DNA of 64,000 nucleotides, from assembly GCA_013239625.1 (NCBI GenBank), contig MU054204.1, positions 334,879 through 398,878 of the forward strand. The letters are read 5' to 3'. A program made the position numbers and the translations under genes. The notes under the pieces are model-generated. The model worked only from the letters and a program-made list of their open reading frames with translations. It had not been told where the DNA came from and searched no databases. This DNA comes from Lama guanicoe (lineage: Eukaryota). How positions within the stretch are numbered: the first letter of the stretch is position 1; the number at the start of each line of letters is the position of its first letter. This document shows, piece after piece, positions 47,240 through 58,384 of this stretch.

Positions 47240-47742
47240 ACCAGAAGCTCTGATGGCAGAAGAGTCCAAACCCAAGCCAGTGTGGAGCCAGAGCTACTTC
47301 TTTCCTGAGGAACAGCTTTCTTTCATGGGCTGGGGCCCTGAGAAGCAGCACTTCAACCCTGCAGGCTTCAGTGACCCCAAGACCACAGGGTCTGCTGCTA
47401 CAATTGTCCAGCCCCTGGGCACCACTGATTTCAGTTCCCCCCTCCCATTTTGTTCTACAACCATGGAGGAGGCTGCTGCTACTGGGGATGTGCCACGGGT
47501 GGAGAGATGTAATCCTTTCTCAGGCTGAAGGCCCACCCCACATTGGGCAGTCTCAGAAGAGCTCACAAGAGATGTGGTGGGCCATGACAAGTCTCTGGCA
47601 GGGGTGCTAACCCCAGCCTCCAAATGGTGACCACTGCTGAGGTCATGGGTGACCTCTTTGCTATGGGAAATCTGTTACAGAGGGATTGTTTCAAGCAGGA
47701 GTGGCACCACTGGGAAAGAAGTGATGAGCATGTCCAGGAAAG
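47240..47742 (+). pseudogene. Decayed (fossil) SHROOM4 exon in intron 6 encoding the ASD2 N-terminal motif
   Basis: Branch-like CCTAAC 47197-47202, pyrimidine tract and CAG acceptor 47237-47239, in frame with exon 6. The ORF runs to TGA 47526-47528. The same frame continues as SEELTRDVVGHDKSLAGVLTPAS, then after a 1-nt frameshift MVTTAEVMGDLF...HVQE. Confidence 0.8.
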
Positions 47743-48254
47743 CCCCATGGTGCCTTTGTAAGCAAGCAGACTAGATAAAGCCAGAGCAGGCAGGGGTCCA
47801 GGATGGGTAGGAGGGAGGCCAGGAGTCTTGGAAGACAAATAGCTAAGGTCTCAGACACATGCCTACCACCCAGCCCCTCTCCTGGGGCCATGAACCAAGG
47901 GAAATCATTGATAATCAGAAGCCTAGAACTGTAGGGGCCTGCTAGTTTTTCTGGATTTTAGTGGAGTGTTAATGGCCAAACCGCTTGATCTCTTAAGAAA
48001 TCCCTGTAGCTGTGGAAGTCAAGGACATATAAATAGCCCTCTAAGTTCTTAAAGTTGGCCTTGACTTGGTTTCTAGATAGCCTTCATGTGGCCTGTTTAT
48101 GTTTGAACAGTGCTTCCCAGTCAGTTATTTCCTTATCTTACAACTCCTTGGTGAAGCAGGGTCCCATTTTACAAATGGGGAAATTAAGAAGCAGAAAGGT
48201 CAGTGGGCTCTCAACAGAGGTGTTCAAATGGTCTTTTTTTGTTTGTTTTCACAG

Positions 48255-48435
48255 ACAAGAGTTTCAGCACTTCTCACCTCCTCAGGGGGCCCCAGGGATC
48301 CCTACCTCTTACTCAGCTTATTACAATATTTCTGTGGCCAAAGCAGAGCTGCTGAACAAGTTGAAAGACCAACCAGAGATGGCAGAGATTGGCCTGGGAG
48401 ATGAGGAAATTGACCATGAACTGGCTCAAAAAAAG
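48255..48435 (+). CDS. SHROOM4: SHROOM4 exon 7 equivalent, 181 nt (ASD2 region)
   Basis: Acceptor tttgttttcacAG|A and donor AAG|GTGAAG. Encodes QEFQHFSPP...SAYYNISVAKAELLNKLKD...ELAQKK, the Shroom YY-x-S-x-x-KAELL motif. Confidence 0.96.
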
Positions 48436-50041
48436 GTGAAGTTTTTGGCTATGGCTTAGGGACTTTTAGCATTTAGCTTGAGTGTGTCTGGAGGTTGACC
48501 CTATCTCTATGCCCTCCAGAATATCTTGGTGCCTTCCTCTATTTTCAGTGTGGAAATCAAATAGCCTCTCTGGGTTTCTAACAAATGCATCTCCAATGTC
48601 TTTTTATTTTTCATTGAAGTATATTCAGTTTACAATGTTGTGTTAGTTTCTAGTGTATAGCATAGTGATTCAGTTATTTATATATATATATATATATAAT
48701 TATAGGCCATTTCAAGGTTCCAATCTCTTTTTGATCCATTCAGTAATAGTAAGAATGTTATAGCAATCATAATCATCATCACAATGTCTCTCAAATCCTT
48801 AAAGCAACTCTACAAGGTAGATATTACTGTCTTCTTTGTCCCAGTTGAGAGGACCAGGTTGCCCAGGGTTACAGACTAAGTGGTAGATCCAGAACTTGAA
48901 GTCAAGACTGTCTGACTTTCAACTCTGAAATAAACCAACCTTGTAAGTAACTCGCTACCCAGGGCACATTAGAGCTTTTGCCTGTGATCTCTAACCAGCT
49001 GCAGCCATTGTTTGTATTCTGTGTAACCTTCTGGAAGAGAGAACAGACTGACCAAGAAAGAAAAGGAGAAATGACAGGCCAGTAAACTTCCATATTTATT
49101 TGCGAGGAGAGTCAATAATCTCTTAAAAATACTAAAATAGATACATAGGGACAATGTTTTTGTTGTTCTGAAGCCTCCTCTTTCTTCCTCTAAGTGCCAC
49201 TGGCCTGGTGTTCTAATCAAATTCCTGGAATCACTTTACCCTCCCTGCACTTACCCATTTTATTTCGTAAGCAAAGAGGGTTTCCATGACAACTTCCAAG
49301 GCCCAATTTACCACTTTGTGGACATCTGAACTCAACTTAAACTGCTCTTCTGCCCGTCTTTCTCATTCAGGACATGACCTGTACAAAAGCTCAAGGCCAT
49401 TTGCAAGAGACCCCTTACCACTTCCCAATCTGAAGCAACATGTTGGGGAGAGAATAGGAAGCATGGTGGTATCAAAGTTTTACTGATCCAGAAGCCATAT
49501 TTCCTGAGCACGGCTGGGCTGCTCCTGGCTTCCTCAGGACCTTTTTATTAGGCGCAAACCTAATCAAAGTCTGACCAGGAGAAGAGAGAAATGATCAGAA
49601 ATGACAAAGCACAGAACAGCGGGTATTGATTTGAAGTGATTGTGGGTGGGCTAAGAACCAGTTTTTGTCTCTGAGTAAAATCGGTGAGGAAGGTCACCAA
49701 TTTGCAATATCCCACAAAAGCCACTTTGCTCCAGCTGGGTCTGTGATGACACCACAGCTCTAGCTGCTACACTTGCCCCAGAGTTGAAGTTCAGGTGGCA
49801 AAGCCCAAGTGCCAAGAAACAAAGGGCTGTTGTGTCCACTTTCATCCTTCTGCATCTGTGGAATCTAAGAGCTGGAGACAGGTAGGTGATTTTCCAAGTT
49901 GATCATTTGGCCCTCAGCCCTCCCTTGTTGCTGGCATTGAGTTTTGTTTGGGAAAACATAGGGTGAGGATATAACTGGGAGCTTCTTGGCATCTAATTGT
50001 GTTGCCTCATTCATAACATTGATCCCTAATTTCCAGTGGGG

Positions 50042-50113
50042 TTTTTAAATTGAAGTATGGTCAGTTTACAATGTTGTGTTAATTTCTCATGTATAGCATA
50101 GTGATTCAGTTAT

Positions 50114-50145
<32 letters not shown>

Positions 50146-50330
50146 TCTTTTTCATATTTTTTTCATTATAGGATATTTCAAGATATTGAATGTAGTTCCC
50201 TGTGCTCTACAGTAGGACTTGTTTATCTATTTTATATATAGTAGTTAGTATCTGCAAATCTCAAACTCCCAATTTATCCCTACACCATCCCCCTTCCCTC
50301 CCACCCGGTAACCATAAGTTTGTTTTTTAT
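50042..50330 (-). mobile_element. Young L1 3' UTR fragment with (CA)n (shorter copies at ~42210-42320 minus, ~48600-48710 minus, ~62855-62930 plus)
   Basis: attgaagtatggtcagtttacaatgttgtgttaatttc...ggtaaccataagtttgtttt. Confidence 0.85.
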
Positions 50331-51758
50331 CCCAGTGTGTTTTGGAATTTTCCCTAAATGTAAACCTCTTACACTCCAGACTAAGATCATGGTGATCACT
50401 TGACTTTTGACCAGTTCTGAAATATGACAACAGGCCCAAACCCAAAGCAGGCTCTCTTGGTCTTGGTCACCGTGGACATGTCTAAATAAACTACTAGAAA
50501 GGAACACACTCTAGAAAACTATAAGCCTATGAGCCCAGAGTATCCAGGCAAGAATAGTAAGAAAACAAACACTGAAGGATACTTTCCACGTACAAGATAC
50601 TATTCTAAGCAGGTAGCATGTATTAGCTCATTTCATTTTTCATAACAGCACAATGAGTTAGGTAATATTGTTACCCCATCTTTTAGATGGCAAAATTGAG
50701 GCACAAATAGGCTGAGTAATTTGCTCAAGGTCACAGCACTACTTTGTGGCAGAGCTGGGGTTCAAACCAAGGTAATCTGGCACTAAGTCCATGCCATTAG
50801 CCATGATGCAATACTGACTGCAAAGGCTGAAAGCCACCTGGGACAGGTCTCCTCTTGTCAGAACCTTGCAGCTAGACAAGTATTCATTAGCTCAGAGTGC
50901 CTGGTAGTGGTAGAAGTAATAGTAGTAGTAGTAATAATAAGAATAGTAGTAATAATGGTATCAAAACACATGTATTGAGCACTGAACATGCCAGGCATAA
51001 TACTGAGTATTTTAATTCTATGATCTCATTTAACCCTCATAACAATGAGGGTTTGGGGGAACACCTCTCCAATTTACAGATGAGGAACCTGAAGTTTCAG
51101 TGGGATCAGGTATCTTGCCCAAGGTTGCACAGTTTGGAGGAGGTGGAATTGGAATTCAGGCATCTTTGACTCCCAGACTCCACTTTACCGCATGAGCTTC
51201 CCAGAACTGGCTACATGGAGACAGGAGACAAATCAAAAGACACAGGTGGTGCTTCCTTTGAGAAACTTAACAAGCAGGAGTGGAGAGGGATTGTACGCAC
51301 ACACGTGAAACAGGAAGCGATCAACTTTCACATTACACTCTGGGGTTCTCATTCTCAAAGACTGGAGAGTTTAGAAAAAGATCATTGAAAGAGGAGAGAT
51401 GGGGACAGGGGCTTCCCACAGGGAGGGTGGGGGCAAAGCTGAGCTCTGAAGAAAGAATGGGAATAGCCAATGTGAAGGAAGAGATAAAGAGCTGGTGGAA
51501 CTGCATAAGCCAATCAGGAACAGAAGAATGAGTGTTGTGAACACGGAGAGGGAGGTGCTAATCCTCAAAGGCTCAGAGGAGTGAGATTAGATTGGTAGGT
51601 TTAGGCCAGACTGAATAATCATCAAAGCAGCTGCTTTAACGGCAGGGTTAGTATATACTACACCCTGGGCATGCCTTATCTTATTGAATCCTTATTGCAA
51701 TTCAGTGGAGTCAATACAGCAGTTACCCCCATTCTGCATCTAAAGAAAATAAAACTCT

Positions 51759-51853
51759 GGGGTGGGGGTGGAGGTACAGCTCAATGGTGGAGTGCATGCT
51801 TAGCATGCACAAGGTCCTGGGTTCAATCCCCAGTACCTCCATTAAAAAAAAAG
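51759..51853 (+). mobile_element. tRNA-Ala-derived SINE inside a MIR-like element
   Basis: TSD taaaactc at 51750-51757 and 51854-51861. Confidence 0.88.
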
Positions 51854-52424
51854 TAAAACTCCATAAAGAAAGTCACCTAAGGTCACACAGCTAGGATGTG
51901 GCAGAGCTAGCAGTCAAACCTAGTCATTGTGACTCTAGAACTCACACTTGTATACAAAAGGCCTCAAAAGCCAAGCTGAGGGGGGAGTGGTGCAGATCTA
52001 GCACAGTGCCATCAACATCAGAGGTGCTGAATCGGACTGGAGAATGAACGAAGCAATAGACAAAACTTGATGGCACTGCTTCTCTAAACTATGCTTTTAC
52101 AAGCATTCATGTTTATTTAAGTAGCCTCCACAAGTGTTTATTGAGTTACATTTGGCAGATGACAATTAGCCGATGGGTGCCACTCATCTAATGCCAAGAA
52201 ATTTGGTGGTGACAGAGCTTTCTCGCAGATCTGAAGCAATGGGAAAGAAGGCACCTGTCCAGAAAACTAGAATTGCTCATAACTTCCCCAGGCTTCCTTT
52301 GTTTGCAATGACTAGGGCAGAGCCCACCATCTGTTTCTCAGATCTCAAAACAGAGCTTACAGTCACAGTTCGTTTCTGTCGGTCCCCATTCTCATCCTTT
52401 GCTTCCCTTGTTTATTTCTTCTAG

Positions 52425-52694
52425 ATACAGCTGATTGAAAGCATTGGCAGAAAACTTTCTGTCCTGCGGGAGGCCCAGCGAGGACTGCTGGAGGATATCA
52501 GTGCCAATTCTGCCCTTGGGGAGGAGGTGGAGGCCAACCTAAAAGCTGTCTGCAAATCCAATGAGTTTGAAAAATATCGTTTGTTTATCGGGGACTTGGA
52601 CAAAGTAGTCAACTTGCTGCTGTCGCTCTCTGGACGACTGGCCCGGGTGGAGAATGCTCTCAACAGCATAGATTCAGAGGCCAGCCAGGAGAAG
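52425..52694 (+). CDS. SHROOM4: SHROOM4 exon 8 equivalent, 270 nt (ASD2/SD2 ROCK-binding core)
   Basis: Acceptor tttcttctAG|ATA and donor AAG|GTAGGG. Encodes [18 protein letters not shown]...[26 protein letters not shown], the ASD2 signature. Confidence 0.97.
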
Positions 52695-53031
52695 GTAGGG
52701 TTGAGGTCTCCAGGGTGTGGATGGAGGGAAATGCCATCTGCTTCTTCCCAGGGGTCCCTCTTTCAAGTATGACTAGTCTGGGAGGCAATAAAGCCTAGTG
52801 TGAAGTGAGGGCACTGGCTTTTAAGTGCCTGGAAATTCTGGCTTTACCACTAAGTAACTGTGTGGCCGTGGGAAACTTATTTAACCTTGCTCTGTCTCAG
52901 TCTCCTCAAAAATGGGGTGAACGCACTGCCCACCTCATTGGGTGGTGAGACTTAAATTTGATAATCCATGTTAATGACTTAAAACAGATTCTGGAACAGG
53001 GTAAACAATGAATCAATGGTAGCTGCCAGCT

Positions 53032-53103
53032 GTAGTAGTAGTAGTAGTAGGTGAAGGAGTAGTAGGAGGAGGGGTAATAGGAGTAATAGTAGCAGCAGCA
53101 GCA
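53032..53103. repeat. (TAG)n/(GAG)n/(CAG)n compound trinucleotide repeat
   Basis: Read directly, at the end of a MIR-like element. Confidence 0.8.
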
Positions 53104-53221
53104 ATTCAGCCTCACTCAGAGTTGAAGGAGGAGGTCTCACCAAGTAGTTGAGACTGGGAGGCTGTCAGTTTCACAGGTTGGGTCGCTCTACATACATTCC
53201 TGAACCAAAACTGCAGTACAT

Positions 53222-53352
53222 GGGGAGGGTATAGCTCAGTGGTAGAGCACATGCTTAGCATGTACAAGGTCCTGGGTTCAATCCCCAGTACCTCCATTAA
53301 AATAAATAAACCTAATCACCTCCCCCCGCAAAAAAAATTTTTTTTAAAGAAA
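53222..53352 (+). mobile_element. tRNA-Ala-derived SINE in intron 8
   Basis: Near-consensus body plus family tail aataaataaacctaatcacctcccccc. Flanking gcagtac. Confidence 0.9.
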
Positions 53353-53839
53353 CAGCAGTACCTTTTCCTATCCAAGTGGTTTTGGATACAAATTTGAACC
53401 CACAGTAAAAGGTACGTATACTTACGCATACACACATGGGTATACACTCACATATGGACGCTCACACAGAGACACTCACCATTTTGAAAGCATTGTCTCA
53501 GTGATGGTTTTTCACCTGATGGAATGCATATAAGCTGGCTTTGTCAGAGCCTTCCCCAACTCCGACCCCAGGGATGGACCATGCATTAAAAACAGTTTAG
53601 AGATGGAAAGAGGTGATTGCCCATCCCCCTGTTCAGAATTGCTGTCATGTTTATCCTTCTCCCTGCTACAGGAAAGAAAGGCTTTTGCAGGAAGGTGGAC
53701 TTCAGGGCGGGAAATCTAGGACTGATCGATGGATGAGCAGAGTTGGGTGGTTGCTCTGTGGCCGCATCCCTGGTTGAGCACTGGGTGGGGCAGATGACTG
53801 GTCATTGGGCTGGCCCTTATTGGACTTCTGCTTCCCCAG

Positions 53840-54109
53840 TTGGTGCTGATTGAGAAGAAGCAGCAGCTGACAGGGCAGTTGGCAGATGCCAAGGAGCTGA
53901 AGGAGCATGTGGACCGCCGGGAGAAGCTGGTGTTTGGCATGGTCTCCCGCTACCTGCCTCAGGACCAGCTCCAAGATTACCAGCACTTTGTGAAGATGAA
54001 ATCTGCTCTCATCATTGAACAGCGAGAGCTGGAAGAGAAGATCAAGCTTGGGGAAGAGCAGCTCAAATGTCTCAGGGAGAGCCTACTCCTGGGGCCCAGT
54101 AATTTCTAA
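53840..54109 (+). CDS. SHROOM4: SHROOM4 last coding exon (ASD2 C-terminus, ends ...GPSNF*)
   Basis: Acceptor cttctgcttccccAG|TTG. Encodes [10 protein letters not shown]...[13 protein letters not shown]...[33 protein letters not shown], with stop TAA at 54107-54109. Confidence 0.97.
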
Positions 54110-57100
54110 GTCCACCAACAGACTGCCTACACCATCCCTGCCCAGCCACAGTGGGAAATGCTTTCAATCTTCGTTAGCAGTTTGTTAGCAAGTAGATAGC
54201 AGTTAGTTAGCCGTGTGTGCCATATTCTCTACTAGCCTGGACGTCTCTCACTGCCCCTTCACCTAGCAGTGTTCCCAACCAGCTAAGAGAACCTGGGGAG
54301 GCCCCAAGCTTCTACCCTAGGGAGTAGAAGGCAGAAATTGGAGCTGCAGCCAAGGGCAATCAGACAACCACACTCTCCAGCCCACAGTTTGCATGGACAA
54401 GCGCTTACCACACACAGAACCAACCAAGTGCCTTCCTTCTTCCTGGTACTAGGACACTGTGAACACCATGCACTCCCACACACCCAACCATCATCAGCCT
54501 CTGAAGTCTCAGAGGGAAGTTGCCCGTGCAGCTCCACTCTGCCCCATGCATGGCTGGTGGACTGGCCATTTCCCAGGGAGATCTGCCTGTCTTGAAGGCA
54601 TTTCCCCCACCACCAGCCTGAGGGCCTCACCTTAGCTTTGCAGTCAGAAGCCCGGAAGGAGAAGTGACATGTAATAGAATGTGAACCAAGGTTGGGACTC
54701 CCTAGGTGCCCTGCTGGAAGGAGCTGCACTTAAGCAAATTGGCTCCACCCTACCTCCCCCAGCATCCACTACAGAGGGAAAGAGGCCTGTCTTCAGCCCT
54801 GGCTAGTGTGGCTCTCCTCCTGTCCTAAGACTTTGGTCTACCACTTCCTGTATCATCTTGCCTTTGCATTGCTGAGGGTTACAGGGGCCTATGCTAAGGG
54901 CTTCCCACTATGGGCCATTTATAACCCTACTAAAGCTAACTTCTGGATACATGTTTTATTATTAGGGGGAGGGGGCGTTACTGTTATATTTTAAATGGCC
55001 TTTTAATTTTATTTATTGTTCTGTCTTGATTGTTTCTTTCCCGTTTTTAAACTAACAAGGTGAGAAGAGGGGAGTTGGAGAGGGAAAAGTTAGCCCAGAA
55101 GGAATACATTTTCTGCAGGTCAACCTGAATTCACCATGGCTAAGTAAGCAAGTACCAAGGCCTGGAATTCTTCCCATTGTCACTGACGAGTGTCTAAGAA
55201 AGGAGTCCTCCCTTCAGAACTCAGAGCTTCCTCACTGTGGGCTGGCCCTATACTTCCCTTGAAGTCTGGATGACCATGAGCTCAGAATTCCCCAACAGGG
55301 TTCCATTTTCTCATACTTATTTTTTTTCTCGAAACCAAAGAAATCTGAAAGTGACGAAAGTTCACCCATTTGTCTACCATCTATCTACAAGCTAAGGGAG
55401 GCATAGAGGTGAGCTCTGGAAGAGATCCTCTATCGAATTGTTTTCTTAGCCTGGGGTCTGGCTCAGGAAACTGAAATTTACGGTAGCTGGAAGTTCGAGC
55501 CAGGCCCAGCCCCCCCCGCACTCGGAGCAAGTCACAATCCAGCCGGGATCTGAGGCACACAAACAAGGAATGCTGCTGCTGTTGCCAAGGTCCCGACACC
55601 GGTAGCCAGTTGCTAGCCTGGAAAAGCCCTCAGGTAGGTAATGGCAGGAAAGGAGTTATGGCCAAACTGGCCCATTATCCATCTCAGTTCCCTAGTCCTT
55701 ATGAACTGGGGCCCATGCTTGGTCTCACAGTCCTGCTCAGCCAGCCGGGCATTGGGCATCCCTTCAAGTTACTGCTGAGTTCCTCAGGGTCCTGGGAGGT
55801 TAACTGTAGCAGCAGGGGTGCCTCATTCAACCAAAGAATTTGCCAAGGAACTTTGCTGCTGCTACAAATACTGGTTGCTAGCTTCCGTTTCCTCTTCATT
55901 GTATTTGGAAACAATGGAAGAATCTTGGCCAGCAGGGTGTCCTGTAGGGAGGGGGGCCCTGAGTATGCTCTGAGTACACTGCTGCTGTCAGACCACTGTT
56001 AAAATGTCAACCTGCCATTCTCCCACCATGTGGAGAAATCTACTCTATTCAGGAAGGCTGCTGGCATATAAAAGGCTAGGCTTACCCGAGCCCAGGCTGA
56101 GGAAGGTGGGGGAATACTTTGAATAGAGGCTGTGGTTGCCACCTTTTTTTTTCTTTTTTTTTCTTTTTGGTAAACAGGCTATAAGACAAACAATGAGCAA
56201 GCCGAGATGTCCTGTGTTGAGGGGATGAGGCCAATGTAGTCCATCATTCTAAGATGTGTTTTTGACTAGAACAGCTTTTGGGGAATATAGCCCAGGGAAA
56301 AGAGTGACTGCTTACCTGGACACCATGACCATGGTGTGGGCTTTTCTAGTCAGCGTTAGAATGGTTGTACCTTAAGTTTAGCACACTAAGAGTACTGTTG
56401 ACTCTTTTTGTGTGTGTCCCTCATCCCACCTCAAGTTCTTCTGAAGTTGGAATCAGAGCACAAGAATGCTCATGTTCACACAGAGGGACAGTTTCCAAAG
56501 CACTTAATAAAAATAACCCCCAAACTATATTGAGCAGTGAAGCTTGGCAGACGCAGGTGAACGACTGGCCAGGCACAGATGCCCTCCCCCTGCTGATGTA
56601 GCAGCCTGTCGTGACTGCAAAGCTGCCAGTATTACTTGAGATGCAGTGTCTCTCACCATTCTCATTTTCTGGGTGATGGACTAGCCCATGTCCCCCTCAC
56701 TCCCCTGTCCTGGAGCTCCTCTGGGTCATTGAGTCTCCTTGAGTCCCATCAGCAGCAGACTCAGCCAGGGGAGAGCAGTAAATACTCAATGGGGATTCAA
56801 GAGAAGGGACAGAGACACTGAAAATAAAGCCCTAGAAAGGGAGAGACTAGAAACAGAGGAACTAACAGAGAAGGAGAAAAGATGAAAAGCCTCTTCCGAG
56901 GTCCAGTTCAGGTTCTGTTTTCCACTTAACCTCATGTGCCAAAAAGCTGCCGAGGGGCACCAGAGCCACAACCTTGACCCCAGCCTCCCTAAAGGTGCTG
57001 CTCTGTCAGTAGCAGGCCCCCAGTGGAGGAAACTGGGCACATTCCTGGCCACTTCCTCCTGTCTAGACCTTGGTGTCTCCCACTGTCTTTGCCAAAGGAG

Positions 57101-57390
57101 TTGTCTAGGTCATTACTATTTCTGTAACAACGTATTATATTCTTTGAAGATTAGTAGGTCTTTAGAGGGGGGTGGGGCAGGGGGCAATTTCTATAGAGAA
57201 AGAACCAGTGTTTGTTGTACAACTGTTGGGGGGGTCATCCTATCCCATGTGAAGCTATTATTTTTCTGAATCGTATTGTTTCTGCATTTGTGTCCTCCAC
57301 CACTCCCTCCTTGGCTGACATTGATATGCCTGCCAGATTGTCATCAAGGGTCATACTTCAATAAAAGGTGCTAAGGACAAAAAAAAATTA
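54110..57390 (+). other. SHROOM4: SHROOM4 3' UTR (end approximate)
   Basis: About 3.3 kb largely free of transposons after the stop codon, unlike the introns. AATAAA hexamers at 56506, 56823 and 57360. Confidence 0.65.
57360..57365 (+). terminator. Candidate main polyadenylation signal AATAAA
   Basis: AATAAA followed ~30 nt later by GT/T-rich catgtgtttttgact. Repeat-dense DNA resumes downstream. Confidence 0.55.
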
Positions 57391-58182
57391 TCTCATGTGT
57401 TTTGACTGAGGTGATGGAAATCCCCTAATATTCTGCTGAAAAGTATTGGAAAGGAATTTGGTTACTTTCCCTCAATCCTTCATAAGTAACTACATGATCA
57501 GAGTCTTACCCACATTCCTAAACCCTTACCCTAGCCCCTCAGGGATAACATTGATGCTATACCATTCATTATCCCTCTAAATCTCAAATAATTGAGAATT
57601 CAGGAAGAATCAACAATAGCTATATGAACTCAAGTGTAGACCTCAGCAGTATAGAGAACCCAGTTCTGGACTCTATCCTAATCAGAGGTGAGCCACATTC
57701 TAGACCTCCTCTAATCCTGACTTCTGTCTACTTAGTATTATCTTACTTCCACCTGATAGTCTGGTCTCACAACTTTACTCTTAGTCATTCATCAGCTCTC
57801 CAAGATAACATCAAGGTTTAGACCCAAATACACTCTAGGGAGCTCCTCTGACCCTGAAAAGTTCCCCTTTTCCCTGATCCCTGCATTGTTCATATTCCAA
57901 CTGATCTCCTCCTATTCCAGATATCCAGTGCAGTAGAGGGGAGAGCACCCAGCTTTGGCATTAGAATGGGATGGGTTCCAATCTTCATCCTGCCACTTAT
58001 TCCATAAATGGATTATCTGCTCACCTTTGGAGTTCATTTTCTTATCTATAAAGTGGGGACAACAATATATATCTTACAGGATTGCTGTGGTTTAAAAATA
58101 ATGAATGAAAGCCACCTGCTATCTACTAAGAAGTTGTTAGACAGAATCCCAGACTTCATCCCAAAACCACTGACAGCAGCCT

Positions 58183-58240
58183 ACATTTTTAACTAGATTC
58201 CCAGGAGATTCACATTTTTAACTAGATTCCCAGGAGATTC
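58183..58240. repeat. Perfect 29-bp tandem duplication inside a MER5-type element
   Basis: acatttttaactagattcccaggagattc x2 (58183-58211, 58212-58240). Confidence 0.95.
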
Positions 58241-58384
58241 ATATGCATATTAAAGGTTGAGGAGCACTGACTTACTGCAAACACACTCAGTACACAGTAA
58301 CCGTAATTCTAGTCTAGTTACTCAATTCATTCTGTTCTAATCCAGACATGTCCTTGCTCTTCTTGTACTGCTCACAAATACCTG

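Noticed and set aside
52421..52431. Alternative acceptor 6 nt into exon 8 (ctAG ata cAG)
   Set aside because: Possible but unsupported. The first AG directly follows the pyrimidine tract and keeps the IQLIES peptide.
53222..53296. Functional tRNA-Ala(AGC) gene (also the other ~13 tRNA-like copies)
   Set aside because: Close to tRNA-Ala, but the copies have an altered 5' end that disrupts the acceptor stem, a shared family tail and TSDs, which marks them as SINEs.
54283..57269. Several 60-150 aa ORFs in the 3' UTR
   Set aside because: No recognisable motifs, mostly non-ATG starts, and lengths expected by chance.
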